Source: Poseidonia sp. (GTDB lineage: Archaea; Thermoplasmatota; Poseidoniia; Poseidoniales; Poseidoniaceae). From it: 64,000 nucleotides of DNA. Shown here piece after piece: positions 28,151-37,745 of the stretch. Position 1 is the first letter of the stretch. Every line of letters starts with the position of its first letter. The DNA lies in contig JADHPT010000001.1 of assembly GCA_016778305.1 (NCBI GenBank), positions 136,457 to 200,456 on the forward strand, in the 5' to 3' direction. Both the position numbers and the translations under genes were made by a program. Below the pieces are notes generated by a model that did not search any database, was not told where the DNA came from, and worked only from the letters and a program-made list of their open reading frames with translations.

Positions 28151-28176
28151 TTCAGGGAGTTGGTGAGGTGACGACA

Positions 28177-28536
28177 ATGGCAGCAAATCAGGATGATGAA
28201 CTGGCTGCCATCCGTGCTCAACGCCTACAGCAAATGCAAGATCAACTCCAAGAGCAAGCAATGCAACAAATGCAAGCAGAAGAAGTAGCTCACGCAGAAG
28301 CACAATCTGCTGCTCAAATCGATGCAATACTCCGACAAGCACTTTCTTCAGATGCTCGTGCTCGCATTACTCGCATTTCAATGGTTGAACCTCAACGTGC
28401 TCAGGCACTGAAGGAAACCCTCGCACTCATGCATCAAAATGGCCAATTGAACACGCCCATGGACGATGCTTCCCTCAAGCAATGGCTTGTATCCCAATCC
28501 AAGAGCCGCAGCAATGCGTCCATCAGGAGAATCTGA
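28177..28536 (+). CDS. DNA-binding protein, PDCD5/TFAR19 family
   Basis: Q/E-rich N-terminal helix, then [37 protein letters not shown]. Conserved position between S19e and L39e in archaea. Confidence 0.7.
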   Translation: MAANQDDELAAIRAQRLQQMQDQLQEQAMQQMQAEEVAHAEAQSAAQIDAILRQALSSDARARITRISMVEPQRAQALKETLALMHQNGQLNTPMDDASLKQWLVSQSKSRSNASIRRI

Positions 28537-28549
28537 GAAGGTGCTCGAA

Positions 28550-28705
28550 ATGTCAAAGAATAAGCCAGCAGCAAAGAAAATCCGCCTCATGAAGGTTGGA
28601 AAGCAAAACAGGCGTGTCCCAGTTTGGGTCATGCTAAAGACCGACCGAAATACAGTGTCCCACCCTAAGCGACACCAGTGGAGACGCAGTAAACTCCAAC
28701 GATGA
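28550..28705 (+). CDS. rpl39e: ribosomal protein L39e
   Basis: [51 protein letters not shown], 51 aa. Confidence 0.9.
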   Translation: MSKNKPAAKKIRLMKVGKQNRRVPVWVMLKTDRNTVSHPKRHQWRRSKLQR

Positions 28706-28716
28706 GGTGATGAAGT

Positions 28717-28992
28717 ATGGCACGACCAAATGAATCTGAATTGATTGTCCCACTGCGCAATGCGTGGAACATTACCCGCTACAAGCGTGCGCCACGAGCC
28801 ATGCAAATTATCCGCGAACAAGTGATCCGTCACCTCAAAGTTCGTGAGGATGAAGAAGTCTACATTGATCAAGAAGTCAATGAACATATTTGGAAGCGAG
28901 GCATTGAAAACCCTCCGCGTAAGGTCCGTTTGTTGGTGACTCGCCACGATGAACCTGACATCCCTATTGAAGTCAAATTGATGAAGGAGTGA
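28717..28992 (+). CDS. rpl31e: ribosomal protein L31e
   Basis: [32 protein letters not shown]...[27 protein letters not shown]. Confidence 0.9.
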   Translation: MARPNESELIVPLRNAWNITRYKRAPRAMQIIREQVIRHLKVREDEEVYIDQEVNEHIWKRGIENPPRKVRLLVTRHDEPDIPIEVKLMKE

Positions 28993-28997
28993 AAAAA

Positions 28998-29189
28998 ATG
29001 GGAAATATTCGACCAAGTTTTATCAAAATTCGTGCTATTCGCCTTTGTGAAGAGCACGGTGAAAAATTCACTGAAGACTTTGACCACAACAAATTGATGG
29101 TTAGCGAGCTTACTGATGTAAGTTCCAAGAAACTCCGTAACTGGATTGCAGGATACGTCACTCGTTACCGCCAACGCCGAACCGATTGA
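28998..29189 (+). CDS. rps17e: ribosomal protein S17e
   Basis: [61 protein letters not shown]-like motif just upstream. Confidence 0.9.
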   Translation: MGNIRPSFIKIRAIRLCEEHGEKFTEDFDHNKLMVSELTDVSSKKLRNWIAGYVTRYRQRRTD

Positions 29190-29199
29190 AGGTGAGTGA

Positions 29200-29433
29200 T
29201 TGCCGGTTCGGGTCAATTGGGACCGCATGCCGGTAAGCGTTCATGGCGATGATCGAGAGATTTTGGAAGCACTCATCCGCTATCTTCGTCAACAACACAA
29301 TGTGCGGAAACGCTCCATTGTTATGGATGATCGAGAAGATGGTGGTTTCCTGTTTTTTCTCTACCAAGTATGCGATCCTCGTTGGATTGCAGAATTTTTG
29401 AATCAGCTAGGTGGGGGTCAATCAAATGGGTGA
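29200..29433 (+). CDS. hypothetical small protein (77 aa)
   Basis: ORF overlapping the start of the next gene by 23 nt. No family recognised. Confidence 0.3.
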   Translation: MPVRVNWDRMPVSVHGDDREILEALIRYLRQQHNVRKRSIVMDDREDGGFLFFLYQVCDPRWIAEFLNQLGGGQSNG

Positions 29434-30250
29434 ACGCCAATCAATACCCCTTCCCACGGGCTCCTTTGAACTCACAGTTGTGCTTGTTGGTGTGAGCCAT
29501 CCAGGTAATTTGGGTGCGATATGCCGCTGCATGCTTAATTATGGCTTTTCAGATTTACGATTGGTCAATCCAAACTGTGGGGTAGATGACGGTGATACCA
29601 TCGCCCGAGCTAAACATGCTGCATCGGTTCTTCAACAAGCATCAATTCACGAAAGTATCGGTGAAGCCACACTCGATTGTTCAGTAGTCATGGGTACTTC
29701 AGGAAAACGTGAGGTGGGGGACAAAACCTTGTTTCGTCATTTCGTTTATCCTTGGGAAATGGTTGAACGCCTCGAAAACACGAATCAAAAAGCTGCAATT
29801 GTATTTGGTGAAGAAGGAAAGGGCCTATCAACAGAAGATCTTGCCAATTGCGATTTTTTGGTGACCTTGCCTACATGGGAAGGCTACCCTATTGCTAATC
29901 TCAGTCACGCAGTCAATGCAGTCCTCTATGAAGTTCAGCGTCATCGTATCCACACCTCATTGGGCCAGGATGCTGGTTTACCCGTTGTCGTTCCGCTCGA
30001 GCGCCTCATGAATCCAGAATTGAGGTCAACGCTCATGAAAGCGATTGAACAATATTCACAATCCCTCTCATGGCAGGAGGAACGGAAATTTTCATTTCAA
30101 CAGACCCTGAAGCGGACACTTTCACGTAGCATGCCCACAGATGACGAAGCAACACGGTTGATTGGTGGTTTGGTAGAAGGAACGACCGCCATGCAATTCA
30201 GTTCAAACAATCCTGAATGGAAAAAACACCATCGAAGAAAGTTGAACTGA
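29411..30250 (+). CDS. SPOUT (SpoU/TrmH) RNA 2'-O-methyltransferase, TrmJ-like
   Basis: TVVLVGVSHPGNLGAICRCMLNYGFSDLRLVNP matches the TrmJ-type N-terminus. C-terminal extension. Start may be the internal Met at 29426. Confidence 0.7.
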   Translation: MGVNQMGERQSIPLPTGSFELTVVLVGVSHPGNLGAICRCMLNYGFSDLRLVNPNCGVDDGDTIARAKHAASVLQQASIHESIGEATLDCSVVMGTSGKREVGDKTLFRHFVYPWEMVERLENTNQKAAIVFGEEGKGLSTEDLANCDFLVTLPTWEGYPIANLSHAVNAVLYEVQRHRIHTSLGQDAGLPVVVPLERLMNPELRSTLMKAIEQYSQSLSWQEERKFSFQQTLKRTLSRSMPTDDEATRLIGGLVEGTTAMQFSSNNPEWKKHHRRKLN

Positions 30251-30700
30251 TCAAGGTCGCCATGTCGCCATGGATTTAGGAGTTTCACGGCAGTGCATTG
30301 CTACGAGTTGCAAGCGGTTGCCATATGCAGTCTGGATATGCGGTTGAACTTGCTCGAAGGCCCATTTTGCAAGGTTCTCGGCAGTGGGTATGAAGGGGAC
30401 AATCACGGTTCTGTGCCCGTCTCCCATTGCTGCGCAAGCTTTCTTTGCTTCCTCATCCCCTTCATAGAGGACAAATGCATGGTCGATGATATCGTGGACG
30501 TAGGTTGTAAGGACACGACTGATATCTGAGAAATCCATTAACATCCCCTCTTCGGATACACCTGATTCTGTTACAATATCGCCCTCAATTTCTGCCTCAA
30601 ATCGATATCTATGGCCGTGAAGGTGCTTGCATTTTGACTTGTGGTTCGGCACACGATGGCCAGTATCAGTTTCTACATATCGTTTGATAATTGTCGTCAT
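30251..30700 (-). CDS. queD: 6-carboxy-5,6,7,8-tetrahydropterin synthase
   Basis: QueD/PTPS fold with CxxxHGH zinc motif (KCKHLHGH). Confidence 0.85.
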   Translation of the reverse strand: MTTIIKRYVETDTGHRVPNHKSKCKHLHGHRYRFEAEIEGDIVTESGVSEEGMLMDFSDISRVLTTYVHDIIDHAFVLYEGDEEAKKACAAMGDGHRTVIVPFIPTAENLAKWAFEQVQPHIQTAYGNRLQLVAMHCRETPKSMATWRP

Positions 30701-31860
30701 GATTCATCACTCCATTCTTCGAAATCCAGAGATGCAGAGTTAATGCAATAGCGCTCTCCGCCGTATTGTTTAGGGCCGTCATTAAACACATGACCGAGGT
30801 GAGCATCGCATTGGTTACAACGGACTTCAACTCGGAGCATACCGTGAGTTCTATCCTCCAATCGTTTGATATTGGCTTCGTTGTGTTCGCTGTGGAATGA
30901 TGGCCATCCACATCCAGAATCAAATTTCATCGTAGAGCTGAAGAGGAGCGTTTTGCAACAAATGCAGAAATAATCTCCTCCTCTTTTTTCATCCCAATAT
31001 TGGCCAGTAAATGCATGTTCTGTGCCTTGTTCACGCGTCACATGATATTGTAAGGGTGTTAATCGTTCCCGGTAATCAGCATCTTTGTGCTTGTGCTCAA
31101 TGGCCAAAGCATTCTCAAGGACTTCGTTCCAGGGCTTGATATATTCAATTGGATCCATACGACCAATGGCGTGAAAGGCCAAGATTCGCTCAACATCTGA
31201 ACCTGTTTCACCGTGACTGCGTCCTAACTCATCGGGGTCGTATGAGGTAATCGTTCGACGAAATACTTCATCAAAATCAAGGTTCAAAACCTTCACTGAA
31301 TTCATGGCGTCCTTCAAGATGCCAATCTTATCATCATCGAGATATGGCAATTCAAATGAAATACGTTCACTGCCCCAATTTCCAATCGCAAATGCATGCT
31401 CAATAGCACGATAGAATTCGGGCCGGCAATCAGGATAAATGGCGTGATCCCCGCTGTGAACACCAAGGGCAACAACAGCGTCGCTGTTGTTATTTTTGGA
31501 TCGTGAAAGCGCTGTCCCATAGAGAAGGGATGCAAATACAGCATTGCGATTTGGGACGACCGTGGCCTTCATGGTCTCCTCCTCATAGTGGCCTTTGGGT
31601 ATTTCGTCACCACTTGAAAGTAAATCACTCGAAAACAGTGCAGTTGCGGAACGCAAGTCGATAATGTGGTGCTGAACTTCAATGGAATGACTACGAAGAT
31701 ACTCAATGAGTGATGTGGCTCGTTCAAGTTCGATCTTGTGTTTTTGACCATAGTCAAAACTGAGGCAGGTTACCTTCATATTACGAGCAAGCAAATTCAA
31801 CAACAGTGAGGTTGAATCCATCCCACCACTCAACGCCATTACTGCAAACATCACAATCAT
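30697..31860 (-). CDS. queC: 7-cyano-7-deazaguanine synthase QueC fused to methionine-R-sulfoxide reductase MsrB
   Basis: N-terminal PP-loop ATPase ([16 protein letters not shown], ~235 aa) that lacks the C-terminal Cys4 zinc site. C-terminal MsrB/SelR domain ([12 protein letters not shown]; CICC and CNQC zinc pairs; catalytic RYCINSASL). Start set at ATG 31860, 2 nt after the queE stop. Confidence 0.8.
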   Translation of the reverse strand: MIVMFAVMALSGGMDSTSLLLNLLARNMKVTCLSFDYGQKHKIELERATSLIEYLRSHSIEVQHHIIDLRSATALFSSDLLSSGDEIPKGHYEEETMKATVVPNRNAVFASLLYGTALSRSKNNNSDAVVALGVHSGDHAIYPDCRPEFYRAIEHAFAIGNWGSERISFELPYLDDDKIGILKDAMNSVKVLNLDFDEVFRRTITSYDPDELGRSHGETGSDVERILAFHAIGRMDPIEYIKPWNEVLENALAIEHKHKDADYRERLTPLQYHVTREQGTEHAFTGQYWDEKRGGDYFCICCKTLLFSSTMKFDSGCGWPSFHSEHNEANIKRLEDRTHGMLRVEVRCNQCDAHLGHVFNDGPKQYGGERYCINSASLDFEEWSDES

Positions 31861-31862
31861 TC

Positions 31863-32522
31863 CTACAAAATTCCCATCCACTTATGCGTCTGTAATGACA
31901 GCCTCCATTCCGGATGCTCCTTAACCACCTGTTCGGTTATTGCAAACAAGGCTCCGTTTTCTTCAACACTTTGCTGATCGTCGTAACAGGGTTGTAAAAA
32001 CCAATGATCAAACCCATTTCGTAACTCGTCATACATCTCCAATGGCTGGCCAACGTATACGCATTTGAGTTCATCACCGATTCGTTGGCGAATCGAAACG
32101 TTTGGATACATCTGATCCTTTGGTGAGACACATATCCAATCAATCAATTCCTCAGGTATAGCAATCGTTCCGTTGGTCTCAACCGACAGATGGTAACCCC
32201 TTCTTTTGAGGAGTCGCGCAAGTGGCCACAAATCATTCAGCATCGGCTCTCCGCCAGTGAAAATGACATTTTTTGTGTTGTATTTCAGGACCTCTCCAAG
32301 AACGTCAATAGCCGGCATAACTTCGTATTCATCGAAATTCGTATCGCACCATTCACATCGTAGATTGCAGGCACCAAATCGAATGAATACATGGGGGATT
32401 CCTGCTCTGTAACCCTCACCCTGTACCGAATGGAAAATTTCCACGATATTGTAGTCCATTGCGAGGTCCTCGGCTTTGTCGCCGACCTCATCTCCAGCGC
32501 GGTTACAATCTACTGGCTCCAT
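31863..32522 (-). CDS. queE: 7-carboxy-7-deazaguanine synthase (radical SAM)
   Basis: [26 protein letters not shown]. Confidence 0.85.
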   Translation of the reverse strand: MEPVDCNRAGDEVGDKAEDLAMDYNIVEIFHSVQGEGYRAGIPHVFIRFGACNLRCEWCDTNFDEYEVMPAIDVLGEVLKYNTKNVIFTGGEPMLNDLWPLARLLKRRGYHLSVETNGTIAIPEELIDWICVSPKDQMYPNVSIRQRIGDELKCVYVGQPLEMYDELRNGFDHWFLQPCYDDQQSVEENGALFAITEQVVKEHPEWRLSLQTHKWMGIL

Positions 32523-32530
32523 TCAATCCC

Positions 32531-33106
32531 TCACAGGACGGGTTGTTGGATGAGTTGCATGAGTTCTGCTCGAGCCTCTTGCCGTTCAAAGAAGACGCCC
32601 CGCATTGCGGATGTTGTCATGATTGCTTGTTGTTTAGCAACACCACGGCATTGCATGCATCCGTGAGATGCCTCGATAATAACGGCAGTACCCAACGGTT
32701 CAAGTTCACGTTCAATGTCATCCGCAATATGCTTCGTAATGCGCTCTTGATTCTGCAGACGTCTTGCATGAAGTTCAAGAATACGAGCTAGTTTGCTAAT
32801 GCCCGCGATACGGTCAACCGGGATGTATGCAATATGTGCTCGACCACGGAAGGGTTGGAGATGGTGTTCACACGTGGATGTGAATTCAATATTTCTTAAC
32901 AAAACAATCCCATCATAACCTTCAGCGTTGAAGGTTGCCTCCAATATTTCTTTTGAATCCATACTGTATCCAGCAAAGATTTCATTCCATGAATCCACAA
33001 CACGTTCTGGTGTTCGCATGAGACCCTCACGGGAGACGTTCTCTTTGCCTTCAATGTACTCAAGAAGTATTTCAACGGCCTTCATTGCATCTGATTTCGT
33101 AGTCAT
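32531..33106 (-). CDS. folE: GTP cyclohydrolase I
   Basis: STCEHHLQPFRGRAHIAYIP, ISKLARI, HGCMQCRGV. Confidence 0.85.
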   Translation of the reverse strand: MTTKSDAMKAVEILLEYIEGKENVSREGLMRTPERVVDSWNEIFAGYSMDSKEILEATFNAEGYDGIVLLRNIEFTSTCEHHLQPFRGRAHIAYIPVDRIAGISKLARILELHARRLQNQERITKHIADDIERELEPLGTAVIIEASHGCMQCRGVAKQQAIMTTSAMRGVFFERQEARAELMQLIQQPVL

Positions 33107-33115
33107 GCTATCACT

Positions 33116-33340
33116 TCATCGTCCGTGCCTAGCATCGATTTCATCCAGTTGATCCAACAATTTACGGCACGCTGTTCGGACAGCATCCGCCAAACTGACA
33201 AATTTCTTGTCATCTCCTACATGGTTGCGTAGGTCCTCAACCAATTCGGCGGGCATGTCCAACGAAATCTTAGGCACGTCCTTGCCACAAATCTGCCATG
33301 TATAAATATTCCTAAGGTATTCACAGAGTATTATTCCCAT
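33116..33340 (-). CDS. ribbon-helix-helix (CopG/Arc-like) DNA-binding protein
   Basis: 74 aa. Predicted beta-strand KISLDMP followed by two helices. First gene of the minus-strand folE-queE-queC-queD operon. Confidence 0.5.
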   Translation of the reverse strand: MGIILCEYLRNIYTWQICGKDVPKISLDMPAELVEDLRNHVGDDKKFVSLADAVRTACRKLLDQLDEIDARHGR

Positions 33341-33360
33341 TCAAGGTAAAGCGTAGTACA

Positions 33361-34911
33361 GTGACGATTTTGAGGCCAATGTTCAAAGGAGTCCTTGACG
33401 GACATCACACCATGCAAAGCACGACCGTAAGTGACGCCTTGGCATCTTTGAAGGAAATTCGTGCTCACATGGGTGACATCACCACTCCTGGATTGAGTGA
33501 TGATGAGATTCTATTTTTCCTTGATATTGATCCAAAACTCTCCGTGGCAATTGCAGATGGATTTGAACGGTTCCAAGTATTGTATGCAGAATTTGGTAAG
33601 CACTACATCGGCCAACCTGAAGATGGCTTGATCCATGATCTTCAATCTGGATTTGTTAATTTCTACAATCCAGATACAGTGAATCCATACGTCGCCATTG
33701 CAGCGCGAGGCCCGTGGGTCATTACTTCGCATGGAGCGGTCGTTCATGATAACGGCGGTTACGGTATGCTCGGTGCGGGTCATGGACCCCAGGAGATCAT
33801 TGACACCATGTCCGATAATTGGGTCATGGCGAACGTGATGACTGCATCATTTTCACAAAAGAGATTGGAGGATCGACTTCGCAGAGAATTAGGTCACACC
33901 CACGGTCATTGCCCATTCGACAAATTCATTTGTATGAATAGTGGTTCTGAATCGGTTACAGTCAGTTTGAGAATTGCAGACGTGAATGCTAAATTGATGA
34001 CTCAAACTGGTGGCCGATACGAGGGTCATGCAATCAAAATAATGGCCATTGAACAAGGATTTCACGGACGAACAGATCGTCCTGCTCAAATGTCGCATTC
34101 CTGTAAAGGCAAGTACGATGCGCACCTCGCTAGTTTCCAAAATCGTGACAACCTGATTTTAATTCCTGCAAATGATATCGACGCTATGCATGCCGCCTAT
34201 GACAAAGCGGAGGCAGAAGGAGTCTTCATTGAATTACTCGCCATTGAACCCGTGCAGGGAGAAGGCAACCCGGGTCAATGCGTTACGCGTGAGTTCTATG
34301 ATGCTGCACGCCAACGTACGCTCGATCATGGAAGCCTTCTTCTCGTCGACTCTATTCAAGCAGGAATTCGGGGCCAAGGAACATTGTCTGTCATTGATTA
34401 TGACGGGTTTTCCGATTGTATTGCTCCCGACCTAGAAACTTGGTCCAAAGCCATGAATGCAGGGCAATATCCGCTATCTGTTCTTGGAATGAACGAGCGA
34501 GCTTCGTCGCTCTACGTGACTGGTATCTATGGCAATACAATGACAACCAACCCCCGAGCGCTTGAAACTGCTGTTGCAGTCCTTGACCGAATTACGCCCG
34601 CTTTGCGTCAAAATATTCGAGACCGCGGAGATGAATTTGTTGCTAAACTCATTGAATTGCAAGCGGAATTCCCAGAAGTCATTACCAAGGTTCAGGGTAC
34701 TGGTCTTCTTTGCAGTGCTGAATTGGAACCAACTGCATTCCCTGTCGTCGGACAACATGCGGTTGAACCGTGGTGTAGGAAACGCGGCCTAGGAGTCATC
34801 CATGGGGGTAAAAACGCCCTTCGGTTTACTCCACATTTTAATATCACAAGCGAAGAAATCGAACTCATCGTTAAGATCGTTCGTGAAAGTTTGATTGCAT
34901 TTGGGGCTTAA
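33361..34911 (+). CDS. class III pyridoxal-phosphate-dependent aminotransferase with ~100-aa N-terminal extension
   Basis: GGYGMLGAGHGP, FICMNSGSESV, LLLVDSIQAGIRGQG (cf. DEVQTGFGRTG). True start may be an internal Met. Confidence 0.8.
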   Translation: MTILRPMFKGVLDGHHTMQSTTVSDALASLKEIRAHMGDITTPGLSDDEILFFLDIDPKLSVAIADGFERFQVLYAEFGKHYIGQPEDGLIHDLQSGFVNFYNPDTVNPYVAIAARGPWVITSHGAVVHDNGGYGMLGAGHGPQEIIDTMSDNWVMANVMTASFSQKRLEDRLRRELGHTHGHCPFDKFICMNSGSESVTVSLRIADVNAKLMTQTGGRYEGHAIKIMAIEQGFHGRTDRPAQMSHSCKGKYDAHLASFQNRDNLILIPANDIDAMHAAYDKAEAEGVFIELLAIEPVQGEGNPGQCVTREFYDAARQRTLDHGSLLLVDSIQAGIRGQGTLSVIDYDGFSDCIAPDLETWSKAMNAGQYPLSVLGMNERASSLYVTGIYGNTMTTNPRALETAVAVLDRITPALRQNIRDRGDEFVAKLIELQAEFPEVITKVQGTGLLCSAELEPTAFPVVGQHAVEPWCRKRGLGVIHGGKNALRFTPHFNITSEEIELIVKIVRESLIAFGA

Positions 34912-36131
34912 GACAGACTCGTTACGATATCTTCTCGCCTAAACTGCCTCGCCGCGTAGAGTGCAGCACCCAGCGCATAAATGGTTGAACTCAACAACCA
35001 AATGACAATATGCGAGACGACAATTCGATTCATGAGAAGTTCTCTCAGCGCTAGCAACACATTCACAACAGGAATTGCGAACCAAAAGGATTCGATTCCA
35101 TCAAGGTTAATCACCTGCGTGAACAAAGCTGGGAAGAGGATCAATAGCAATGCAGGACCTAGGATTGAACCCGCCTCTTTGACACTGTGCGATCGCATAG
35201 CCAACGCTAATTCAAAGGCCACTACCATGATGGCAAAGAGCAACACTGCAAGGATGAGCAGAACGAGTGCCGTGAATGATATAGCCGGTGCAGAAATCAA
35301 GTCTGAAGATGCAAGATAGCCAATGGCAAAGAGGAGTCCAGCGACTTGGAGGAGCACCCCGACACCTGTGATTGTAGCAACGGCCAACCATTTTCCGAAT
35401 AGCAATTCCATTCGGCTACAAGGGAGTCCCAAAAGTGCCTCAAGGGTCCCACGTTCACGTTCGCCTGCTGTCATGTCAATAGAGGGTTGGATTGCTGATG
35501 AAAAGGTCCATACTGCTAAGACCAAAGGTATGAACAAGGAGAGAGCCATTCCTGCTTGTTCTCCCTGGGTGGCAACGTCGCTTTCTGTGAAATCACCATT
35601 CCACTGGAGCGGGTCGAGGGTTTCGTTTGGATCTAGACCGGCTGCAACGATACGGCGCTCAGTTTCATTTTGTTCCCATTGCGAAAGTACAGTGAACGTC
35701 CGAGTTCTAGCCTCTTGACTTTGTTCTGATGTTGACATGTAGAGAATTGAATATTCAAGGACGGTCCCGTTACCCCTGAGACGCACGATGCTATCAACGG
35801 TAGAATTTCTCAATCGTTGTTCATCAATTCCCGGTGTCGACAAAAAATCATGATCAGCTAACGGTTCATAGGTGATGTTAATATTGGATTCGTTGAATAA
35901 AAGACCGAGTTCATTTGGCAAATCATTGGATTGTACAATCACTTCGACGACGACGTTCTCCATTTCAGCCGCTTCTGATGCAAGCAGGAGTGGAAATAAG
36001 ATGAACAGAAGCGGGAACATGAGTAATGGGATGACAAGGATGGCCACAATCGTTCTCCAATCCCGAACAAACTCAACCAATTCCTTTTTGGCAATGGTGC
36101 CGATACGACGGGCAGCATTACTCATCCTCAA
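34908..36131 (-). CDS. ABC-2 type transporter permease
   Basis: 407 aa. N-terminal TM, large extracytoplasmic loop, five C-terminal TM helices. 14-nt overlap with the upstream ATPase gene. Confidence 0.8.
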   Translation of the reverse strand: MRMSNAARRIGTIAKKELVEFVRDWRTIVAILVIPLLMFPLLFILFPLLLASEAAEMENVVVEVIVQSNDLPNELGLLFNESNINITYEPLADHDFLSTPGIDEQRLRNSTVDSIVRLRGNGTVLEYSILYMSTSEQSQEARTRTFTVLSQWEQNETERRIVAAGLDPNETLDPLQWNGDFTESDVATQGEQAGMALSLFIPLVLAVWTFSSAIQPSIDMTAGERERGTLEALLGLPCSRMELLFGKWLAVATITGVGVLLQVAGLLFAIGYLASSDLISAPAISFTALVLLILAVLLFAIMVVAFELALAMRSHSVKEAGSILGPALLLILFPALFTQVINLDGIESFWFAIPVVNVLLALRELLMNRIVVSHIVIWLLSSTIYALGAALYAARQFRREDIVTSLS

Positions 36132-36972
36132 TCACCTCTGATGGTACTGCGGGAGTGAACAATCCTCTCCACCATGTTGCCCATTTCGACAGGGGTTTCG
36201 AATCCTCTGTTCGTATCCTTGCCTGATCGTGCGTGAGTGCTACGTAAGCATCTTCGAGGCGATTGGTTCCAGTTTGTTCCATTAACTCCTGTGGGGTTCC
36301 ATCGGCCCTCACATCTCCATTGTGTATGATCACAATTCGGTTACAAACTTGTTCCGCTTCTGCGAGTTGATGTGTGGAATAAACAACCGTCCCACCTTGG
36401 TTCCCTAAATCTTGTACGAGTTGACGAACCGTTCTTGCACTCGTTACATCGAGGCCAGCCGTTGGTTCATCGAGGAGGAGTACCCGAGGAGCATGTGCCA
36501 ATGCTCGTAACAGTGCGGTTTTTTGGCGCATTCCACGAGAAAATCCTTTGGTATGGCGCCCTAATGAATCTGACATTCCCAGGTGGGTTGCAAAAAATGA
36601 CGTCCGCTTCCAAGCCTCCTCATCACTTACGCCATACAGGCGACTATGGTATCGGATATTTTCCCATGCCGTTAAGCGCGAATACAAGCCTGTGCTTTCG
36701 GGAACTACTCCGAGATATTGCCTGCTCTCAGATACCGGTGAGCCATTACCGAGTGTAATCGAACCTGAGGATGGCCTGTAAACGCCAGATAAAAGTCGCA
36801 AAAGCGTTGTTTTCCCAGCACCATTTGAACCGACCAATCCGATGATTTCACCTTCATAAATATCGAGAGACACACTTGATAATGCCTCGATTTCACCGAA
36901 AGACTTCGTTACATTTCGCACGCTGAGCAAGGATTCCCCCATCGGGAAATCAACTCGCTCGTCCTGATTCAA
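36118..36972 (-). CDS. ABC transporter ATP-binding protein
   Basis: Walker A GSNGAGKT, signature LSGGMRQ-like FSRGMRQK, Walker B LLLDEPTAGLD, H-loop. Confidence 0.9.
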   Translation of the reverse strand: MNQDERVDFPMGESLLSVRNVTKSFGEIEALSSVSLDIYEGEIIGLVGSNGAGKTTLLRLLSGVYRPSSGSITLGNGSPVSESRQYLGVVPESTGLYSRLTAWENIRYHSRLYGVSDEEAWKRTSFFATHLGMSDSLGRHTKGFSRGMRQKTALLRALAHAPRVLLLDEPTAGLDVTSARTVRQLVQDLGNQGGTVVYSTHQLAEAEQVCNRIVIIHNGDVRADGTPQELMEQTGTNRLEDAYVALTHDQARIRTEDSKPLSKWATWWRGLFTPAVPSEVIEDE

Positions 36973-37261
36973 CAGCCCGATTGAGCCCAGGGTGCTTGTG
37001 TTCTATACGCTGTGCACGCTGGAGTGTTGAACGAAGATGCTCTTGAATTTCGGATTGTGAGACGCCCATATCAATCATGTTCGCAACCATCTCAATCGCA
37101 CCTTGAATAGCACCAGCGTCAAGATAGGCCTCGTTGGAGATGGACCGTTGCAATCGTAACTGTTCCAATCGACCTGACAAAAAATTCACTTCCCTTTTGA
37201 GGCGAGGGGCATCGATATGCGGGAGTGCAAGAAGTTGGTCAACACAGGTCCTCATGGTCAT
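36950..37261 (-). CDS. hypothetical small protein upstream of ABC exporter operon
   Basis: 103-aa ORF overlapping the ATPase start by 22 nt. No family recognised. Confidence 0.3.
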   Translation of the reverse strand: MTMRTCVDQLLALPHIDAPRLKREVNFLSGRLEQLRLQRSISNEAYLDAGAIQGAIEMVANMIDMGVSQSEIQEHLRSTLQRAQRIEHKHPGLNRAVESGRAS

Positions 37262-37295
37262 CCAACTCGCCGAGGCCGATTATAGGCATTATGTT

Positions 37296-37745
37296 CTATG
37301 TCCTTGATGAACGCTGGGACAATTCCACCAAAACTCCACCCGTGGAACGAGGATGGACAAAGGCAATCATGTGGCCACCTGCGCCTTTACGCGGTTCTTC
37401 GTCAATGAGTTTGATACCGTGTTGCTTCAAATAATCCAATAATCCTGGCAGATTTGAAACACTCAGACAGAGTTGCTGGATACCAGGGCCCCTTTTGTCC
37501 AGAAATTTCCCAATCGGAGTATCTTCACCAGTTGGTTCAAGCAACTCAATGTTGGGAGGATGACTATCGGATTGAGATTGATTTGTAGCAAAAAAACGTG
37601 TCACAACACCCTGATCATCTACACGTTCATCGGCTTCACCTTGTTTCAGACCTAATAAGGTCCAAAAACGACTGCCTTCATCTAAATCTCGCGTTGCTAT
37701 ACCAATGTGATCAATATAAATCGGTCCAAAATCCATCAACATCAC
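37296..37745 (-). CDS. mce: methylmalonyl-CoA epimerase (VOC/glyoxalase fold)
   Basis: IDHIGIATRDLDEG, IELLEP, GPGIQQLCLSV, GGVLVEL. Confidence 0.8.
   Translation of the reverse strand: MMLMDFGPIYIDHIGIATRDLDEGSRFWTLLGLKQGEADERVDDQGVVTRFFATNQSQSDSHPPNIELLEPTGEDTPIGKFLDKRGPGIQQLCLSVSNLPGLLDYLKQHGIKLIDEEPRKGAGGHMIAFVHPRSTGGVLVELSQRSSRT

Noticed and set aside
27704-29016. Two 212-aa minus-strand ORFs
   Set aside because: Antisense to the highly conserved S19e/PDCD5/L39e/L31e genes. Shadow ORFs.
34981-35718. 112-aa and 131-aa plus-strand ORFs
   Set aside because: Antisense to the ABC-2 permease gene.
36950-37261. Possible transcription regulator call for the 103-aa ORF upstream of the ABC exporter
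   Set aside because: No HTH or RHH signature could be supported by eye. Left as hypothetical at low confidence.
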